From: Bacillota bacterium
GTDB taxonomy: Bacteria > Patescibacteriota > Patescibacteriia > Patescibacteriales > UBA12465
Length of the DNA: 47,399 nt
NCBI GenBank assembly: GCA_050259635.1
Contig: JBLNBA010000003.1
Coordinates: 1-47,399, forward strand
Reading direction: 5' to 3'
The position numbers and the translations under genes are program-made. Of the stretch, positions 8,582 through 17,237 are shown piece by piece. The first letter of the stretch is position 1; each line of letters opens with the position of its first letter. Below the pieces are notes generated by a model. It was not told where the DNA came from and did not search any database. It saw nothing but the letters and a program-made list of their open reading frames with translations.

Positions 8582-9841
8582 TTACACCTCTAAATTTACA
8601 AAAGGAAATAATACAGCCGGGATGAAATATATTCCATCTTCGTATTTCAAGGCATTCTTAGTCAGCATAATTCTCATCTTCCCTTCCGGATATTTTCTTG
8701 GGAAGGTTTTCATTGGCAGAGTAACCATTGTCTTGCTCCGATATTTTACTTCAATAAGTAATAAGGACTTTCCTTTCCCCTCAATAACGAAATCAATTTC
8801 GCTGCCGCTGTTGGTGCGGTAGTAATGGATATTATCCTTGTCAAACCGAGCCAATAATTCTAAATATATAGAGTTTTCGACCACATTCCCCATTTCTTGG
8901 CTTTCCAAAGAATATGACCTCAGCAAATAATTCCTTATCCCGGTATCAAGAAGGAAGATCTTCGGCATTTTAGAGATTTCCGTTCGGATATTGCGGAAAT
9001 ATGGCCTGACAAAATCTACGATATATGTACCTGAGAGGATTTCTAAGTATCGCCTTAGCGTATTGGTTGCCAGATTAGCGGTATCAGATAACTCTTTATA
9101 TCTCACTAATTGCCCTGCTTGGGAAGCAAGAATCTTTATCAGGTTATTGAAGCCGGTTACATTTTCAACCTGCAACTGGTTGATGATATCCTTGTCAATA
9201 TAGGTCTTGATAATGGACTTTAATATTTCTTCCTTCTGCTCAACGTCATCGGTAATCAAGACTTCAGGATATCCGCCATAAGAAAGATAGGTGCCGAAAG
9301 TAGCCTCCAGTCTTGGACCGGACAAAGCATAGAAATTTTTCAGCTTCTTAAAATCAGACAAAGGCATAAGCTCCGTTGCGGTTCCTTCCTCATAATCAAA
9401 ATACTCCTTAAAACTGACTCTACCCACATTAAAGTGTATAGCCCTCCCCGTGAGGTACTCAGAATTCTTATTTATCTCCAGGGAGCTTGAGCCGCTTACT
9501 ATCAGTCTGATTTCTGACCGGTACCGATCATAGACGTTCTTCAAGAAGACGCCAGCTTCCTCGATTACCTGGAACTCGTCAATCATGAGATATATCACTC
9601 CATTGGGAAATCCATGGTACTGCCTAAGATAAGCTTCTAAAGAAGACAAACTAGAAAAAATTGGCCGGTTATCAATATCATCAGCCAATAAGTAAACCAC
9701 CTTTTCGCCTCGAGATTCTAGTTCATTTTTCAGCTGCTTCATTATGAACGTTTTCCCGACCTGGCGAGCTCCTTTAATTATAAGGATTTTTTCCTTATCT
9801 AACCAAGGCAAAATTTTTTCTAATATTTCTCTTTTAATCAT
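8582..9841 (-). CDS. AAA+ ATPase with C-terminal DUF4143-type domain
   Basis: Walker A GARQVGKT and Walker B-like LMIDEFQ are present. The C-terminal ...HYYRTNSGSEIDFVIE... resembles the restriction-endonuclease-like tail of this family. I prefer the ATG at 9839-9841; the track start at 9850 is TTG. The gene is visibly AT-rich relative to its neighbours. Confidence 0.75.
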   Translation of the reverse strand: MIKREILEKILPWLDKEKILIIKGARQVGKTFIMKQLKNELESRGEKVVYLLADDIDNRPIFSSLSSLEAYLRQYHGFPNGVIYLMIDEFQVIEEAGVFLKNVYDRYRSEIRLIVSGSSSLEINKNSEYLTGRAIHFNVGRVSFKEYFDYEEGTATELMPLSDFKKLKNFYALSGPRLEATFGTYLSYGGYPEVLITDDVEQKEEILKSIIKTYIDKDIINQLQVENVTGFNNLIKILASQAGQLVRYKELSDTANLATNTLRRYLEILSGTYIVDFVRPYFRNIRTEISKMPKIFLLDTGIRNYLLRSYSLESQEMGNVVENSIYLELLARFDKDNIHYYRTNSGSEIDFVIEGKGKSLLLIEVKYRSKTMVTLPMKTFPRKYPEGKMRIMLTKNALKYEDGIYFIPAVLFPFVNLEV

Positions 9842-9890
9842 ATATATCAAGAATTATATCATAGGTCTGATATAAAATCAATAGAATTAC

Positions 9891-9904
9891 ATCAGTCGAC
9901 TGAT
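9891..9904. repeat. perfect 14-bp palindrome ATCAGTCGACTGAT
   Basis: Read directly from the intergenic region between the AAA+ ATPase start and the thrS leader. A CTGATAT half-site recurs at about 9867. Confidence 0.6.
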
Positions 9905-10028
9905 ATTTTCCTTGATTTTTCAATTATTACGCTTATATTAAATGAAAAAAACTATAGATTATTTCTAGGTACCGATGATCTATTTACTATTTCCTCATTT
10001 TACGCTATCATTAAGCCATTCCTGATTG

Positions 10029-10180
10029 CCGGACCCACCAAGTCCGGGGATATCCGCCGCATGGCCTAAGGGAAAGATTAGAGCGCCCCTCTCGGGGAAG
10101 CTGGGTGGAACCGCGAGACAGAAGTCCCGTCCCGGCAGAAACAGCTTTGGCTGTTTTTGCGAGGAGGGGACTTTTTTTTA
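10029..10180 (+). promoter_or_regulatory. T-box-like leader (tRNA-sensing riboswitch) of thrS
   Basis: GAAGCTGGGTGGAACCGCGAGA (10098-10119) matches the conserved T-box AAnnnGGGTGGtACCGCG. It is preceded by a small CCCC-TCTC-GGGG hairpin. It is followed by a terminator in which AGTCCC (10123-10128) pairs with GGGACT (10167-10172), then a T8 run (10172-10179). The upstream hairpin CCGGAC-[CCACCAA]-GTCCGG (10029-10047) displays the Thr codon ACC followed by A. Confidence 0.6.
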
Positions 10181-10203
10181 TTCCCTCCCCTAATTATATA
10201 AAT

Positions 10204-11940
10204 ATGAGCAACATTGAAACGAAGAGGCATTCCCTCGCCCATCTCCTGGCTGCCGCCATCCTTGAGCTTTATCCGGAAGCGAAGTTGGCAATCGGGCCGG
10301 CGATTGAAAATGGCTTCTATTACGATATCGATTTCGGGGATAAGGCGATAAGCGATTCCCAGCTGAAAGATATCGAGAAGAAAATGGCGCACCTGGCAAA
10401 ACAGAACCTGGCTTTCAGCCGTGAGGATAAGGGTATCGATGAAGCTCTATCCTGGGCGAAAAAGGAAGCTAACCCCTACAAAGAGGAAATCCTTTCAGAT
10501 CTCAAGGCAGCCGGTGAAGCCGCTGTTAGTTTCTATACGGTCGGGAAGTTCACCGATCTCTGCCGCGGTCCTCATATCGAAAACACCAAGGAGATCAAGC
10601 CGGGCAGTTTCAAGTTGGATAAATTAGCCGGCGCCTATTGGCGCGGTGATGAAAAGAATCGCATGCTCACCCGCATATACGGCTTAGCCTTCGATACCAA
10701 GGAAGAATTGGATGATCATCTCAAGATGATCGCCGAAGCGGAAAAGAGAGACCACCGTAAGCTCGGCAAAGAGCTGGACCTCTTCATGAACCATGAATAT
10801 GCCCCCGGCATGCCCTTCTTCCTCCCTAAAGGCATGATCCTTTTGCAAGAATTATCTTCTTTCGTCCGCCGCTATTCATACGGAGAGGGATACAAGGAAG
10901 TGCGCACTCCTCAGCTTTTTAACGCGGAACTCTGGAAGACTTCCGGACATTGGGGCCATTACCAGGAAGATATGTTCTGCCTGCACCATGCGGAAGATGA
11001 CATCGATATGGGCGTGAAACCAATGAATTGTCCGGCCCACATGCTGGTATTCAAGCGCGATCTCCATTCATACCGCGATCTGCCTTTGCGCCTGGCCGAG
11101 ATGACCACCCTTTACCGTAACGAGAAATCCGGCACTCTCCATGGCCTTACCCGCGTCCGCAGCCTTTCCCAGGATGACTCCCATATCTTCGTCCGCCCCG
11201 ATCAGATCCTCTCCGAAATCACCGACCTGCTAGATAAGATAAAGATGATCTACAAGGTCTTCGGGCTGGAAATCGACCAAATCCACCTTTCTACCCGTCC
11301 AGAGCAATATCTCGGAGAAAAAGCGGATTGGGACAAAGCGGAACAAGCCCTCAAGGAAGCCTTGGAAGGAGCGAAACTGGACTACCAGATCAACGAAGGC
11401 GACGGCGCCTTCTATGGCCCCAAGATCGACGTCAAGGTAAAAGATGCCATCGGCCGCCAATGGCAGCTCGCCACTATCCAGCTGGACTTCCAGATGCCTC
11501 TCCGCTTCGAGCTCAAGTATACTGATGCCGATGGCTCCGCCAAGACCCCCATTGCCATCCACCGCGCCCTCTTGGGTTCATTAGAGCGTTTCTTAGGAGT
11601 CATTATCGAACACTATGCCGGCGCTTTCCCGCTCTGGCTCTCACCGGTGCAGGTGAAGATAGTCTCGGTCGCCGAAGCGCATATCCCTGCTTGCCGCAAA
11701 TTGGCGGATGAACTACTGGCGGCGGGAATAAGGGTAGAGATTGATGATAATAACGAAACGGTGGGTAATAAGATCCGCAAAGCCGTTGCGGAGAAGGTTC
11801 CGTACATGCTGGTAATCGGGGATAAGGAGGCGACAGCGGAGAACCTGAGCGTCCGCGACCGCGGCGCCCAGGAAACCCGGGAAATAAGCCGCGCGGACTT
11901 CATTAAAGAGGCTAAAAATAAAATTGAAAACTTCCAGTAA
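10204..11940 (+). CDS. thrS: threonyl-tRNA synthetase (short form, no N-terminal TGS domain)
   Basis: The protein starts MSNIETKRHSLAHLLAAA (editing-domain HxxxH) and carries class II motifs (GLTRVRSLSQDDSHIF, GDGAFYGPKID) and a C-terminal anticodon-binding domain. I place the start at ATG 10204. The track ORF start at 10105 reads through the leader RNA. Confidence 0.95.
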   Translation: MSNIETKRHSLAHLLAAAILELYPEAKLAIGPAIENGFYYDIDFGDKAISDSQLKDIEKKMAHLAKQNLAFSREDKGIDEALSWAKKEANPYKEEILSDLKAAGEAAVSFYTVGKFTDLCRGPHIENTKEIKPGSFKLDKLAGAYWRGDEKNRMLTRIYGLAFDTKEELDDHLKMIAEAEKRDHRKLGKELDLFMNHEYAPGMPFFLPKGMILLQELSSFVRRYSYGEGYKEVRTPQLFNAELWKTSGHWGHYQEDMFCLHHAEDDIDMGVKPMNCPAHMLVFKRDLHSYRDLPLRLAEMTTLYRNEKSGTLHGLTRVRSLSQDDSHIFVRPDQILSEITDLLDKIKMIYKVFGLEIDQIHLSTRPEQYLGEKADWDKAEQALKEALEGAKLDYQINEGDGAFYGPKIDVKVKDAIGRQWQLATIQLDFQMPLRFELKYTDADGSAKTPIAIHRALLGSLERFLGVIIEHYAGAFPLWLSPVQVKIVSVAEAHIPACRKLADELLAAGIRVEIDDNNETVGNKIRKAVAEKVPYMLVIGDKEATAENLSVRDRGAQETREISRADFIKEAKNKIENFQ

Positions 11941-11961
11941 GAATAAATCAAACAGAACATT

Positions 11962-11985
11962 AAAACGGGCCATAGGCCCGTTTTA
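11962..11985 (+). terminator. intrinsic terminator of thrS
   Basis: AAAACGGGCC (11962-11971), ATA loop, GGCCCGTTTT (11975-11984). Confidence 0.8.
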
Positions 11986-12091
11986 ACGAACCGTTAACCA
12001 AGAGATAACCAAAATCGCTGAAGCTAGCACATATTCTCAAAGTGCCTTTTTTATGATAAAATATAGCTTATTATAAACTAATTAATACCTT

Positions 12092-12457
12092 ATGAATAAA
12101 GATAAGAAACAGCGCTTAGCCTGGATAATCGGCACGGTCGCCATCGTGGCCGTAGCCTTGGCCCTCTTGGCTACCGGTGGAAACGGAAATTACAATCCGA
12201 ACAAAATGACGCTGTTCTATAGCAACTCCTGCCCCCATTGCCTTAATGTGGAAAATTATATCGAAGCCAACAAAGTCCAGGACCGTTTCGATTTCCAGCG
12301 CCTCGAGGTTTCCGCAAGCCAGCGCAACAGCCAGCGCCTGATAGATAAAGCGCAGGCCTGCGGCCTAGATACGAACAGCCTTGGCGTGCCCTTCCTCTGG
12401 ACCGGAGACAAGTGCCTGATGGGCGATGAGGCCATCATTGAATTCTTCAAGAGCTGA
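12092..12457 (+). CDS. membrane-anchored thioredoxin/glutaredoxin-fold protein with CPHC active site
   Basis: N-terminal TM (LAWIIGTVAIVAVALALLA), then TLFYSNSCPHCLNVENYI. CPHC is the DsbA-type active-site tetrad. Confidence 0.6.
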   Translation: MNKDKKQRLAWIIGTVAIVAVALALLATGGNGNYNPNKMTLFYSNSCPHCLNVENYIEANKVQDRFDFQRLEVSASQRNSQRLIDKAQACGLDTNSLGVPFLWTGDKCLMGDEAIIEFFKS

Positions 12458-12458
12458 T

Positions 12459-12968
12459 ATGAAATTAAAGCATATCTTTACCATCGCCGGCTTACTGTTC
12501 CTTAAAGCCCTCCCCGCTAAAGCGGTCTGCCCGGTATGCGTGGTGGCGGTTGGCGCCGGCTTGGGGCTTTCCCAATACCTGGGCATAGACGATACCATCG
12601 CAGGCGCCTGGATCGGCGGCATGCTGGTAGCGGTCAGTACATGGACGATAGAACTCTTTGAAAAGAAGTCTTGGCTTAACCAGTTCAGGTCTCCCCGCAA
12701 CCTGCTTATCTTCCTTGCCTATTACGGCCTCGTTATCTGGTCCCTTTTCCGCCAAGGCCTTCTCGGCACGCCGGGGAACACCTTATACGGCTCGGATAAG
12801 CTAGCCTTGGGGATTGCCGCCGGCTCGATATTTTTTGCGGCGGCGGTTGCGACTTACGAAAAGATGAAGCGGAGTAACGGCAAGGCCCATTTCCCTTTTG
12901 AGAAGGTAGTCTTGCCGGTAGGGACACTCGCTTTCTTGAGCCTTGTCTTCTACATTCTCACAAGATAA
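12459..12968 (+). CDS. polytopic membrane protein with a single CPVC motif, unknown family
   Basis: The ATG at 12459 lies 1 nt after the upstream TGA. The protein has a signal/TM segment MKLKHIFTIAGLLFLKALPAKA, then VCPVCVV, then 4 more hydrophobic helices. These are its only two Cys. Confidence 0.6.
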   Translation: MKLKHIFTIAGLLFLKALPAKAVCPVCVVAVGAGLGLSQYLGIDDTIAGAWIGGMLVAVSTWTIELFEKKSWLNQFRSPRNLLIFLAYYGLVIWSLFRQGLLGTPGNTLYGSDKLALGIAAGSIFFAAAVATYEKMKRSNGKAHFPFEKVVLPVGTLAFLSLVFYILTR

Positions 12969-12975
12969 TAATCAT

Positions 12976-13515
12976 ATGGAAAACGACAAAAATCCTATTA
13001 AGGATCTTCAGGAATTCATCGACAAAGCGGACTCCATGAAGAAACAGGAAAAGACGGACCTGTCTTCGGACCAAGACCTCTCCATCGCCATCATGAATTT
13101 GGTAAGTATCGAAGAGCACTTCTTTTTCACCGGTGCCAAAACCGGCAAAACGGAATACTACGACCTCATCAGCGAAGTCCGCGAGATGCGCAAGACTCTG
13201 CTGCAGAAGATCATTAAGGAATATGAAGGCGAGGTCTGGTGCATCTCGAAACACCTCTTGGCTGCCAGCTACCGCCTGATGGAGGTAGGAACCAAACAGC
13301 TTGGCCGGGGCCAGAAAGAAGAAGCTTATGAGATGTTTAACAAGGCCTATGAACTCTACTCCACTTTCTGGGGCCTCAATATGAAACTCATCGGCACCGG
13401 GGACGTGAAAAAGATCGATGAAGAAGCCTTAGACAAGCACGACAAGGAAAAGAAAGGCTTCGGCGCCAAGCTCGGAGAGCTGGTGAAAAAAGCGATTAAT
13501 TGCTGCATCGAATAA
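12976..13515 (+). CDS. hypothetical soluble protein ending in NCCIE
   Basis: The ATG at 12976 lies 7 nt after the upstream TAA. The protein is helical and charged, with no TM segment. It is the third gene of a tight tricistron. Confidence 0.55.
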   Translation: MENDKNPIKDLQEFIDKADSMKKQEKTDLSSDQDLSIAIMNLVSIEEHFFFTGAKTGKTEYYDLISEVREMRKTLLQKIIKEYEGEVWCISKHLLAASYRLMEVGTKQLGRGQKEEAYEMFNKAYELYSTFWGLNMKLIGTGDVKKIDEEALDKHDKEKKGFGAKLGELVKKAINCCIE

Positions 13516-13589
13516 ATACAACCAAAGAAAAAAAGGGCTCGCATTGAGTCCTTTTTAGTTAGTAAAACGGTTATCCTCCCATTATTACC

Positions 13590-14300
13590 TTAATCATCTT
13601 CATCTACCTCATCCGGTGCCAGCTCCTTTATGCCGACACATTGCTTGCTGAGATTCTTATGGTGATACCATTTAACCGCCTCGGGATTAATCTCCCTAAG
13701 CTTCTGCAACTGGGCATTACTCAGAGAAAGCTTATCCAGCTCCACGGCGACGATATCCGGAGAAATATTCACGTAGGCAACGGCGATCTCATAGAACTCA
13801 ATTCTATCGTTGTCTGTTTCTACCCGGATACTATTGGGCGAGAAACGTACCAGCTGGTTAGGGCGATACACCCTTTCCCTTATCTCCAAATCACAGGCGA
13901 TGGAAGACGGCTTCGTCATGCAGTAATTACCTGATCCGGCCAACTTATTGGTATCCTCATACAGCGTCATTGCCTCGCTATTATGGGCTCTAAGTTCCTT
14001 CACTTGATGTTTACTGAGAACCAGCATGTTGAGCTCGATAGTATATGCCATGGTGGCATTATCGAAATATATTACGTCAATCATGTAGGCTAACACGCCC
14101 TTTCCTCTTCGAAGGGCGATAGTTTCAGGATAGTACATGACCTGTTTATCCGACAAATAACTCGTCTCCTTGTCCTCAGTAAATATCATTCCCTTCCTTG
14201 TCGGCTTGGTCATGGCAATATGGCCCTGTCCAGGAGCAAAATTCTTAAAATTTTCCACTTTTTTCCCATTGTATGGGACACCATTCTGTTTACCGTTCAT
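13590..14300 (-). CDS. hypothetical protein built from two tandem copies of one domain
   Basis: Two internal segments of about 65 aa share Y-x-P...F/Y...AY...L..LS..Q.K.LR..N.EA...Y. The tail is acidic (PDEVDEDD). Confidence 0.55.
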   Translation of the reverse strand: MNGKQNGVPYNGKKVENFKNFAPGQGHIAMTKPTRKGMIFTEDKETSYLSDKQVMYYPETIALRRGKGVLAYMIDVIYFDNATMAYTIELNMLVLSKHQVKELRAHNSEAMTLYEDTNKLAGSGNYCMTKPSSIACDLEIRERVYRPNQLVRFSPNSIRVETDNDRIEFYEIAVAYVNISPDIVAVELDKLSLSNAQLQKLREINPEAVKWYHHKNLSKQCVGIKELAPDEVDEDD

Positions 14301-14348
14301 TTTCTTGCTGCTTTAAATTGTTTTGAATGTACTGTTTAGTTTCAAATG

Positions 14349-14377
14349 ATTATAATACGTTTCAGTTAGGTTGTAAA
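14349..14377 (-). promoter_or_regulatory. near-consensus sigma70-type promoter for 13590-14300
   Basis: On the minus strand: TTTACA (14372-14377), a 17-nt spacer, then TATAAT (14349-14354). Confidence 0.6.
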
Positions 14378-14404
14378 TAGCAGACGGCAAAAGCTTAACT
14401 AAAC

Positions 14405-14433
14405 AAAAAAGGCGTTATCTAAACGCCTTTTTT
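14405..14433 (-). terminator. intrinsic terminator after 14443-15186
   Basis: GGCGTT (14411-14416) pairs with AACGCC (14422-14427), flanked by an A-run and a T-run. Confidence 0.75.
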
Positions 14434-14442
14434 CTTATAATA

Positions 14443-15186
14443 TCATCTCCCGCCAAATATCGTTTCGAAGGAAAGTCCGCCATCTTCGATCATAAGTTTA
14501 GTGCCGGTAGCGCTAGCCGGGCGGCAGGCCTGCAAATCGGCTTGATAAGCATTCCACGTCGCTTGCTGGGCAGTCTTGGCCAAGATCGCAATCTCCTTAC
14601 CCGTTGCTTGGAAGGTCTCAATACAAGCCCTTAGACTTATCGCTTGGGTAGAGGTGGCGATAATCGCTTTCTTCTGGCAAGCGTTGCGAGCGTCTATAGC
14701 CGCGCTCAAAGCGGTAGTGCTACTGGCAACGATTCCTTTCACGGCCGCATCTTTCTTGTCGATTGCCGAGGAGGCACAGGCGGAAAGTTCAGGAGAAATA
14801 ATCGTTGTTTTTTCAGGCGTTTCTTTCCGTACGCCCCAGAGCGAAGCCCCGATCTTGGTCACTTTGTTATATAAGCGGATGAATTCGGGCGATATGATCT
14901 TTTCAAAGGCACTACCGTCCGAAACCTTGATTGCTACCGCCTCCAAGGTGGAAGAACTGATCTTCACCTCGTTCCTGATACCCCATAGAGCATTACCCTC
15001 TTTCTTGATCACCCTGTAATCCTTGATTGCCTCAGGAGAAGGAATCCGTTCAAGCAAGTCTTGGCGGACCTGCAGCTTCAGGTTCACTGCCGAACCAGCC
15101 GCCCCTTCCTCCGCCTTGGCGGGAAGAAAAATAAAAGCGGCGAATACGATCAGGAGGAGGAGAGATAGGGATAAGATTTTTTTCAT
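14443..15186 (-). CDS. secreted hypothetical protein
   Basis: Signal peptide MKKILSLSLLLLIVFAAFIFLPAKA. An internal repeat is visible (KKEGNALWGIRNE / TKIGASLWGVRKE), and the C-terminal half is Ala/Thr-rich and helical with 4 Cys. Confidence 0.6.
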   Translation of the reverse strand: MKKILSLSLLLLIVFAAFIFLPAKAEEGAAGSAVNLKLQVRQDLLERIPSPEAIKDYRVIKKEGNALWGIRNEVKISSSTLEAVAIKVSDGSAFEKIISPEFIRLYNKVTKIGASLWGVRKETPEKTTIISPELSACASSAIDKKDAAVKGIVASSTTALSAAIDARNACQKKAIIATSTQAISLRACIETFQATGKEIAILAKTAQQATWNAYQADLQACRPASATGTKLMIEDGGLSFETIFGGR

Positions 15187-15341
15187 AAGAAAAGGATGTT
15201 AATTTGTATCTTATCCTATCATACCATGAAGCGCCTTTTCGAGCGAGAGAGAAGAACTTGAATATAAGCTTAAAATAAGATATAATAGGCGCTATATACT
15301 GGAAACTTTAATTAATTCATTTGTTGAATAATAGAAAAAAT

Positions 15342-16775
15342 ATGGAAGAAAATACCTCCGGGTCAACTGGCCAAGATAAGATCCTTAAGCCTCTTTTGAA
15401 GCTTGCCCTGCCCATCATCTTAGCCCAATTATTCCAAGTTGCTTATTCCTTTACCGATACCTATTGGGTGGGAAAGCTGGGCGGAAACGCCGTGGCTTCC
15501 ATCACCATGAGCATGCCAATCCTGTATCTCTTGACCAGTTTGGGAATCGGGTTCGCAATTGCCGGGTCCACCTTGACCGCGCAATATTTCGGGGCCAAAG
15601 ATGAAAAGAACCTGAGCCGTTCCGCCGCTCAGACCATGCTGATGGTAGTCGCGGTCTCGCTCGTAGTCAGCATAATCGGTTTTATCTTCTCAGCGGATAT
15701 CCTGCACCTGCTGGGTGCAGACCCGGCAATCTTCGCGGATGCCCTAAGCTATCTGCGCATCGAATTCGTCGCCTTGATCTTCAACTTTGCTTTCTTCATC
15801 TTCCAGTCGATCATGCGCAGCGTCGGACGCCCCCAGACTCCGGTTTATATTGTCGTTGGTACCGTCATCCTTAATTTTGTCTTGGATCCCTTGTTCATGT
15901 TCGGCTGGGGTCCGATTAACGGCTCTGGCGTGGCCGGAGTTGCCATCGCCACCGCCCTCACCCAGTCCATTGCCGCCATTGCCGGCCTCAGTTTGCTTTT
16001 CGGGGGCAAGCACGGCATCCATCTTCACTGGCATGATTTCAGACCGGACTTCGCTTTCATCAAGAAGGCTTTCTTCCTTGGCCTTCCTGCCTCGATCGAA
16101 CAATCTGCGCGCAGCTTGAGCCTCACGGTCATTACCGGGCTCATCGCCGCTTTCGGGACGGTAGCAGTAGCGGCTTACGGGCTCGGAACGAATATACTCC
16201 AGCTCATGCTCATGGCTTCCTTCGGTTTGGCCGGAGCTACCGCCGCCATGGTTGGGCATAGCCTCGGTGCCGGAGACCCCAAGCGGGCAAAAAGAGTGGC
16301 TCTATTAGGGATGAAGCTTTCCGCCGCCGCCTTCACGACCATCGGTGTTATCGCCTTCATCTTCGCTCCTTCCCTGATCCGCTTCTTTGTCCCTCATGAA
16401 ATCGAAGTGATCACCGCCGGCACGAGATATCTGCACTATATCGCTCCCATTTTCGCCCTAATCGCCATCCAGATTATCGCCGGCAGCTCTCTGCAGGCAT
16501 CCGGACACACGGCCAAAGCGATGAAACTCACGCTCTTCTCCCAATGGGTGGTACAGATCCCACTAATCTACGCTTTTTCCCGCTTCACTAATCTGGGGAT
16601 AGACGGGATTTGGCTGGCCTTTCCCGTGACTAGCGTTATCATGTCCGCCATCTATCTATATATATTCTTCAAGAGCGGCTGGGAAAACAAAAAGCTTATC
16701 TCTCAGGAAGATAAGCTCTCAGTAGAAGTCCAGCAAGAATCCGAAACGGAAACCGGCGTTCCCTACGAAACTTAA
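15342..16775 (+). CDS. MATE family efflux transporter
   Basis: 12-TM architecture with an N-terminal ...LKLALPIILAQLFQVAYSFTDTYWVGKLG... MatE-type motif and a second repeat half. I prefer the ATG at 15342 over the TTG at 15321. Confidence 0.85.
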   Translation: MEENTSGSTGQDKILKPLLKLALPIILAQLFQVAYSFTDTYWVGKLGGNAVASITMSMPILYLLTSLGIGFAIAGSTLTAQYFGAKDEKNLSRSAAQTMLMVVAVSLVVSIIGFIFSADILHLLGADPAIFADALSYLRIEFVALIFNFAFFIFQSIMRSVGRPQTPVYIVVGTVILNFVLDPLFMFGWGPINGSGVAGVAIATALTQSIAAIAGLSLLFGGKHGIHLHWHDFRPDFAFIKKAFFLGLPASIEQSARSLSLTVITGLIAAFGTVAVAAYGLGTNILQLMLMASFGLAGATAAMVGHSLGAGDPKRAKRVALLGMKLSAAAFTTIGVIAFIFAPSLIRFFVPHEIEVITAGTRYLHYIAPIFALIAIQIIAGSSLQASGHTAKAMKLTLFSQWVVQIPLIYAFSRFTNLGIDGIWLAFPVTSVIMSAIYLYIFFKSGWENKKLISQEDKLSVEVQQESETETGVPYET

Positions 16776-16777
16776 AG

Positions 16778-17236
16778 TTATCTAGTCAAGGCCTTCGCCC
16801 AAGCGAGGGCTTTTTCTATTTCCCCTTCCAGCAGAGGGCCCTGCTTATCCTTGACCATCAAGGTTACGGGGTCGCCGGCAGAAATTGCACCCTGAGCCAA
16901 AAGCATATTCATTGTGGAGCGATCCGCGTAGCCTAAAATCCTGATAATGAATTTCAGGAAGAGGTTCTGACCGTCTCGGGGGATTCCCGTGCTGAAGACT
17001 GCCACCTTTTTCCCTTTCCACGCTCCGGCTGGCAATTCCTTGAAGAAAGATAAGACGGCAGAACTAGCGCGCCCGCCATGAGTGGGCGTACCGATGAGAA
17101 TACAATCGTTCTCCAGCAATATTTCCTTCTTGGCTGCCGAAATGTGGACCAAGGAGGCATCTAGAGCCGGAGCTATAGCTTCTGCGATCTTCCCCGTATT
17201 GCCATAGATAGAATCATAGATAATGGCTGTTTTCAT
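16778..17236 (-). CDS. flavodoxin-like protein
   Basis: MKTAIIYDSIYGNTGKIAEAI is a flavodoxin FMN phosphate-binding loop. The size is 152 aa. Confidence 0.75.
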   Translation of the reverse strand: MKTAIIYDSIYGNTGKIAEAIAPALDASLVHISAAKKEILLENDCILIGTPTHGGRASSAVLSFFKELPAGAWKGKKVAVFSTGIPRDGQNLFLKFIIRILGYADRSTMNMLLAQGAISAGDPVTLMVKDKQGPLLEGEIEKALAWAKALTR

Positions 17237-17237
17237 A

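Noticed and set aside
10105-10203. N-terminal 33-codon extension of the thrS ORF in the supplied track (MEPRDRSPVPAE...)
   Set aside because: It covers the T-box core and its terminator hairpin. The conserved ThrRS sequence begins at MSNIETKRHSLAH (ATG 10204).
15744-16259. 171-aa minus-strand ORF inside the MATE gene
   Set aside because: It is antisense to a 12-TM transporter frame, and its translation is Gly/Glu/Asp-rich low complexity.
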